Shown here: positions 35,533-41,532 of the stretch, piece after piece
How the letters are laid out: each line of letters starts with the position of its first letter
How positions within the stretch are numbered: position 1 is the first letter of the stretch
From: Candidatus Thalassarchaeaceae archaeon
Lineage (GTDB): Archaea; Thermoplasmatota; Poseidoniia; MGIII; CG-Epi1
Assembly (NCBI GenBank): GCA_963577905.1
Contig: CAUYZR010000003.1
Span: forward strand, 1 to 41,532
Length of the DNA: 41,532 nucleotides
Reading direction: 5' to 3'
Notes under the pieces: generated by a model
What the model was told of the DNA's origin: nothing
Databases searched by the model: none
Seen by the model: only the letters and a program-made list of their open reading frames with translations
Position numbers and translations under genes: made by a program

Positions 35533-36531
35533 TTATTTCACATCCTCCTCATTTGTATCCCTTTCTTGTAAGTTTTCGTCATCCTTCTCTTCCCGCATCT
35601 CATCCATTTCTTCAGCGAAAAGGTCCTCTTCAAGATCATCTTTTTCATCAGCCTCTTTGAGTTCATCTACCTTCCTATATTCTGGAATGGTAAGAATGAT
35701 TCTGATAACCAGACTTATTGCTACAAAGTATATTCCTATATCAAAACCAACTTTAGCATATTGTCTTAGACTGGGGATGAAAATATAGTTGTTTGTAATA
35801 TTAAATATCAAATATGTGAAGAACACAAATTTCATGCTTTGAGGTAGAAAATTTCTAAGACGGCTATATCCTGAGGAATATTCATCATCTTCTTCTGTGG
35901 GTTCACTTTTCTTTTTACTAAAGGAAGGTACGATTCTCCACATAAGATAAGGTAAAATATAAATTAGGAACAAATCACCGGCTCTTCTTCCGCCTGTTTG
36001 CACCATCCAGGCACTTTGTCCGATAACGCCTAGTAGAGTATCTAAAAGAAAGAAATTAATTCCAAATATCAATACTGGCATAAATCCCGTGATTAGGGTT
36101 CTTTCTTCTGGTATCTGGAAACTGATTCCCTTTATCAGGGACATCATCCCAACATATATCATACAGGAGCCAAGAAAGGTGGTGAATTCCAAGTCAAAGA
36201 ACCATAATACAATTCCTCCAAACATAATGAAAATCAGGCCAAAAACCGCAAAACTAATAGCCCATTGTTTTTTTATCACTTCAGGTGGTATTTCGATTTC
36301 TTCTTCAGGTTCTTCTTCCTCTTGGTCATCCTTTTCTTCAGGATTTTCTATGCCCTCCGATACCTCTTCGGTACCCGAAGCTTCTTCTAAATCGTAAGAC
36401 TGTTCTTCTAAATATTTAGAATGAGAAGGTCGAGCTAGTAGAATTGTTAGTGATACTAGAAGAAGGGCACCTAGTAGGATCCAGAAATATAATTCCATTA
36501 CATAATTCCAGCCTTCCAAAAACACGAGCAT
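35533..36531 (-). CDS. Hypothetical multi-pass membrane protein with acidic loops
   Basis: About 7 hydrophobic segments separated by Glu/Asp-rich tracts; the real start may be the ATG at 36498 (MELYFW). Confidence 0.75.
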   Translation of the reverse strand: MLVFLEGWNYVMELYFWILLGALLLVSLTILLARPSHSKYLEEQSYDLEEASGTEEVSEGIENPEEKDDQEEEEPEEEIEIPPEVIKKQWAISFAVFGLIFIMFGGIVLWFFDLEFTTFLGSCMIYVGMMSLIKGISFQIPEERTLITGFMPVLIFGINFFLLDTLLGVIGQSAWMVQTGGRRAGDLFLIYILPYLMWRIVPSFSKKKSEPTEEDDEYSSGYSRLRNFLPQSMKFVFFTYLIFNITNNYIFIPSLRQYAKVGFDIGIYFVAISLVIRIILTIPEYRKVDELKEADEKDDLEEDLFAEEMDEMREEKDDENLQERDTNEEDVK

Positions 36532-36574
36532 ATTGTAGCAAACTGATGCTAGGATAAATTAGCTTGTTGGAGTA

Positions 36575-36613
36575 TGACATTCGAAATTCAATTTAGCGCT
36601 AGGCAGCCAACCC
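36575..36613 (-). other. 3' arm of the 16S pre-rRNA processing stem
   Basis: TGACATTCGAAAT (36575-36587) is the exact reverse complement of 38168-38180, and pairing continues to 36613/38141. Confidence 0.85.
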
Positions 36614-36621
36614 TCAATCTT

Positions 36622-38091
<1,470 letters not shown>

Positions 38092-38140
38092 TTTTCCTTT
38101 CGAATGCACACTTTGAGTATATAAATTTTCTAGAATTGTC

Positions 38141-38180
38141 GGATTGACTGCACTAGTTTCGCTTTTGATTTCGAATGTCA
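38141..38180 (-). other. 5' arm of the 16S pre-rRNA processing stem (BHB-like site)
   Basis: Pairs with 36575-36613; central AGCG/CGCU 4-bp helix flanked by AAA unpaired segments on opposite strands. Confidence 0.85.
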
Positions 38181-38346
38181 GATGATAGCCCAAACTGGGA
38201 GTTGTTATCATCTCCATAACATATCTGCAACAACGGAATGGTTCCATCACACAACATCAGGAGCTCGCCGAAGTTATTGCAGCCGTAAAATACGGTCACC
38301 TGGTTACAGCATTTGCTGGTCAGGCTCGTCATCACTTAAAATGGTC

Positions 38347-38354
38347 TATTTAAG
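38347..38354 (-). promoter_or_regulatory. Candidate TATA box of the 16S transcription unit
   Basis: CTTAAATA on the minus strand, upstream of the processing-stem arm and downstream of the preceding stop codon. Confidence 0.4.
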
Positions 38355-38380
38355 AAAAACGGCATTTACCGTCAATAATC

Positions 38381-41300
38381 CTAGATTTTGACCTGAAATT
38401 GAGTTCCCGGTTGCATTCCCGCAGGAATAGTTACGGCTACAACCCTTCCATCTGGTGCTTTAATCTGTATTTGCTGACCTGGTTGAGCGCCTTCTGGAAC
38501 AGTGATACTTAGTAAAGTTCCTTGAGGCGGTGCTACAGGAGGTGCTACAGGAGGTGCTACAGGAGGTGCTACAGGAGGTGCTACAGGAGGTGCTACAGGT
38601 GGTGCAGCTGGAGATTGTTCAGGTTGTGGTGATGCAGCTGGAGATTGTTCAGGTTGTGGTGATGCAGCTGGAGGTTGTTCGGGTAAATCACCCATACCAC
38701 CAAAAGAATCAGTTTCCTCAGTATTCAGTTGCGAACGCTTGTACATAAAATAGGTTCCACCAAGTCCTGCAATCATTACAACAAATACGAGGAGAGGGAT
38801 TATCAACTCACCAGTCCCCACTTCGGATTCGGAGGCTGGTTTGACATTTAAGTTACCTTCTACATTCAGTGTCAATGTCTGGAAATCATCCGTTACGCGA
38901 TCTTCAGAACTTCCTGGCGGACTTACAGAGTTACGATCAATCTGGGCCTTGAGATTTACAACACCATCATAATTACCAGGAACTGACCAATCATATGTCA
39001 CGGCCGTTGATTCAAATGCTGGAGCTGTGAAAGAGATTATCCCTACAACAGAACCACTTTGCAAGATTTCTATGTTCCCTGTTGCCTCGGCTTCACCATC
39101 ATTCACGATCACTATTGTAAACGTGACAGCTTCTCCTTCACCTATATCTACACGATTGGCAGTGAATTGCGACAATGATAGATTCGGAGGTTCCAATACT
39201 TCAACTCTGAAATTTGTGTTCGTGAAAACTAGTTCCTCCGAGTCCCAAATCTGCTCTTCACTATTTTTAGCAAGGATATTTGATATCTTGATATCTACAA
39301 CCCAGTTCCCAGTAAATCCATCCTGACCATCAGAATTAAAGACAGCTTTTGGATATTTTCCATTAATCATCAAAATCGTTTCGGTATCTCCGTTGAAATT
39401 GATATTTGCACCATAGGCTGGCGTCGGTACTATTTTCTTATCCGATTTTGTCAGCTTTAGTTCGACAGATGCAGCAACATCAAACGATCCTTCATTAAGG
39501 ATATAAATCTTTGCATAAGCTACAGTGCCATCACTGAAGGAAGTGATAATGTTAGCATCTTCATCCTGTGAATCGACCCACTCAATATTGCTTACTGTCA
39601 ATTTAGGCATTTTCTGAACGGTAACAACCAAATATTCACCATCACCTTCCCCATTAAGAATTTCACCGTCATCAGTGTCTACAATCATCAGATAGAACTC
39701 GTCAACACCAGACTGAGCCAACCATGAACCGCCAAAATCTTTAGTTACATCTACATCTATTTTGGTAACTGGAGATTCGTAAACTAAGTTATCTTCGTCT
39801 TCTTCATTTTCATAAATATAAACCTTGATATTACCGTATTTATCACCCTCATTTTCTATTGAGAGACTCCAGGCTACTTCACTACCTTCAACGGCGATTC
39901 CATCAAAGCTAAATTCAGTAGTTATCTCCGGATCAGCAGATGCGATATTAATTGACTGACTAATCGTATCCTCATCTCCTTGTGATTTATCTTGGGGTAC
40001 TGAATCCACTATCGATGCTGTAATCTCGTAATTGCCTGCAGGAAGATCCTCCCAAGTTATACTGATTGTTTCGGTGTTACCGCTCTCTATTCCTGTCAAA
40101 GTTCGGGATCCAATTTCATTATCACCATCATACCAACAGGTGATATCTGCAGAAGCATCCCCTTCACCAGTATTTCTTACATGTACTGTAATCACAAGAT
40201 CACCTCCTTCACTGGGACTGGAATTACTGAAATCCATCTGTGTTATTTCCAGGTCAGCTTCAGCACTGACTATCTTAAGATCCTTAAGAATCACTTTTCC
40301 ATTAGTGCTACTTGATACTGAGAATTTAGTTTCAGCAGTTGTCTCCGAATCATCAGTCCCATCTACCAGACTGTTTAATCTGGTGACAAGTAGATCTTGG
40401 TCAACTATGAAATCTACAGTGTATTCAATCTTTAATTCCGAGAAACCCACTCTTCCATCAGTATCACTTGTTACTGTCAGTGTGATATTTGCCATTTCCA
40501 CACCATATTCATCAACAAAAGTATCTCCATTGTCAATAGCCTCTTGTAATCCATCTTCAATAGCTTCTGCAAATGATTTTGATGCCCCGTTTTCACCACT
40601 ATCTTCCCAAGTGATCGGAGAGTTGTCTGGATTAAATTCTCCAGGCCAATCCCAATCATCACTGCCTCCATCAAGATTTATTGTAGGGTTGGTGGGGTAA
40701 CCATCAATGGTAGCCCGTATGAAAACATCAATATCCTCATCTTCCTCTTCTGCAATATTTGTATCATCAGAATATCCAAAGTAAGTCTTTCCATCTTCAT
40801 CAATAGTCAAATCCATTTTAGCATAGTTTAGATTGTGATCATTGGTTATGGCATATTCCTCAGACCATGCATTTCCTGAATCCTGACTAAACTTGAAATG
40901 ATGATCATAAGTTGCACCGTCATATAGGTCTTGGTAAGAGACGTACACATACCCACCAACGCTCGTCACTGCAGGTAGCATATATGTAAAACTAGTTGAG
41001 GTATCTTTACTCGGAACAAGTAAAGTACCCTCATCCCACGTTTCTCCATTGTCATCAGATTTTTTTAGTATGACCTCCATATCGAAAATACCATTCGCAT
41101 CCCAATCATCATCTTGCCAAACAACATATACATTATCTTCATCAGTTGCTATATTCGGAAACCAAGACCAAGCACCGCTAGATGAGGGAGAGTGTAGGGT
41201 CTGCAACTCCCATGAATCGCCATCATCATCACTACTTGCATATTCTATAGTATATTGGGCGTTCCCGTCTGTGTTATAAGCATGCCAAGTCAGATGAACA

Positions 41301-41530
41301 ACATCATTGCTGTATGCTATTTCAGGAATATAATGCGTCCCATCAGAATCCGTTACAGTCGTTGCCGAGTCCCAGGAAGATCCGCTATTGCTAGAATGTC
41401 TTGACACAATATTATAGGTAAATCCTGACGTATCTGATGAATATTCCTGCCAAGCAACATACACCTCATTTCCATTCGCAGTTATAGTGGGGCCATATGA
41501 ATTGAGGGTATCAGCACTTGATGAACTTAT
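38381..41530 (-). CDS. Large acidic surface protein (Asp-box propeller + CARDB/Ig-like domains + C-terminal TM + Pro-rich tail), 5'-truncated by the window
   Basis: Asp-boxes SSNSGSSW, SDDDGDSW, SDDNGETW, SQDSGNAW; CARDB-like ADLEITQM..VRNTGEGDA and PNLSLS..IVNDGEAEA; TM LIIPLLVFVVMIAGLGGTYFMY-KR. The frame stays open from 41464 to the window end. Confidence 0.85.
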   Translation of the reverse strand: MSSSSADTLNSYGPTITANGNEVYVAWQEYSSDTSGFTYNIVSRHSSNSGSSWDSATTVTDSDGTHYIPEIAYSNDVVHLTWHAYNTDGNAQYTIEYASSDDDGDSWELQTLHSPSSSGAWSWFPNIATDEDNVYVVWQDDDWDANGIFDMEVILKKSDDNGETWDEGTLLVPSKDTSTSFTYMLPAVTSVGGYVYVSYQDLYDGATYDHHFKFSQDSGNAWSEEYAITNDHNLNYAKMDLTIDEDGKTYFGYSDDTNIAEEEDEDIDVFIRATIDGYPTNPTINLDGGSDDWDWPGEFNPDNSPITWEDSGENGASKSFAEAIEDGLQEAIDNGDTFVDEYGVEMANITLTVTSDTDGRVGFSELKIEYTVDFIVDQDLLVTRLNSLVDGTDDSETTAETKFSVSSSTNGKVILKDLKIVSAEADLEITQMDFSNSSPSEGGDLVITVHVRNTGEGDASADITCWYDGDNEIGSRTLTGIESGNTETISITWEDLPAGNYEITASIVDSVPQDKSQGDEDTISQSINIASADPEITTEFSFDGIAVEGSEVAWSLSIENEGDKYGNIKVYIYENEEDEDNLVYESPVTKIDVDVTKDFGGSWLAQSGVDEFYLMIVDTDDGEILNGEGDGEYLVVTVQKMPKLTVSNIEWVDSQDEDANIITSFSDGTVAYAKIYILNEGSFDVAASVELKLTKSDKKIVPTPAYGANINFNGDTETILMINGKYPKAVFNSDGQDGFTGNWVVDIKISNILAKNSEEQIWDSEELVFTNTNFRVEVLEPPNLSLSQFTANRVDIGEGEAVTFTIVIVNDGEAEATGNIEILQSGSVVGIISFTAPAFESTAVTYDWSVPGNYDGVVNLKAQIDRNSVSPPGSSEDRVTDDFQTLTLNVEGNLNVKPASESEVGTGELIIPLLVFVVMIAGLGGTYFMYKRSQLNTEETDSFGGMGDLPEQPPAASPQPEQSPAASPQPEQSPAAPPVAPPVAPPVAPPVAPPVAPPVAPPQGTLLSITVPEGAQPGQQIQIKAPDGRVVAVTIPAGMQPGTQFQVKI
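38529..38600. repeat. Coding tandem repeat, 12 bp x 6 (PPVA)
   Basis: GGTGCTACAGGA repeated six times (last copy ends GGT). Confidence 0.95.
38603..38680. repeat. Coding tandem repeat, 30 bp x about 2.6 (SPQPEQSPAA)
   Basis: TGCAGCTGGAGATTGTTCAGGTTGTGGTGA twice exactly, plus a partial third copy. Confidence 0.92.
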
Positions 41531-41532
41531 GA

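Noticed and set aside
38118-38125. TTTATATA with an upstream purine run about 27 nt before the mature 16S, suggesting a nearly leaderless rRNA promoter
   Set aside because: The processing-stem arm lies further upstream (38141-38180) and must be transcribed, so this cannot be the main promoter; a secondary role is not excluded.
38529-38680. Repeats as a CRISPR array
   Set aside because: They are head-to-tail with no spacers, in frame within a CDS, and no cas genes are present.

Overview
Gene-dense archaeal chromosome segment from a Thermoplasmatota-type organism. An AT-rich marine Group II/III-like lineage is my inference, from the stand-alone 16S rRNA, archaeal rpl18e/rpl13/dph5/taw2/taw3/aRF1 and an 11-subunit complex I; it is not a database placement. 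In order it holds rpl13-rpl18e, purN, a RibD-C-type reductase, a Bacteroidota-like panB, a nuoABCDHIJ1J2KLMN operon lacking NuoEFG, a convergent polyprenyl synthase + PAS-MenA pair, carAB, dph5, a YjbQ protein, taw3, an MDR oxidoreductase, a four-gene phosphorelay, taw2, nfo, NAD kinase, tRNA-Val(GAC), aspS, aRF1, two membrane hypotheticals, an unlinked 16S rRNA with its processing stem, and a truncated large Asp-box/CARDB surface protein. Two systems stand out. (1) A heavily remodelled complex I: NuoM carries an exported type-1 blue-copper domain with all four ligands, the second half of a split NuoJ carries two extracellular FN3-like domains, and NuoI has four rather than two [4Fe-4S] motifs; next door is a PAS-fused MenA-like prenyltransferase. 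(2) An ammonium-transporter/histidine-kinase fusion with a single-domain receiver, a free HPt protein and a receiver fused to an archaeal longin/roadblock-like domain. No CRISPR array or mobile element was seen. All family calls come from motif recognition by eye; no searches were run.
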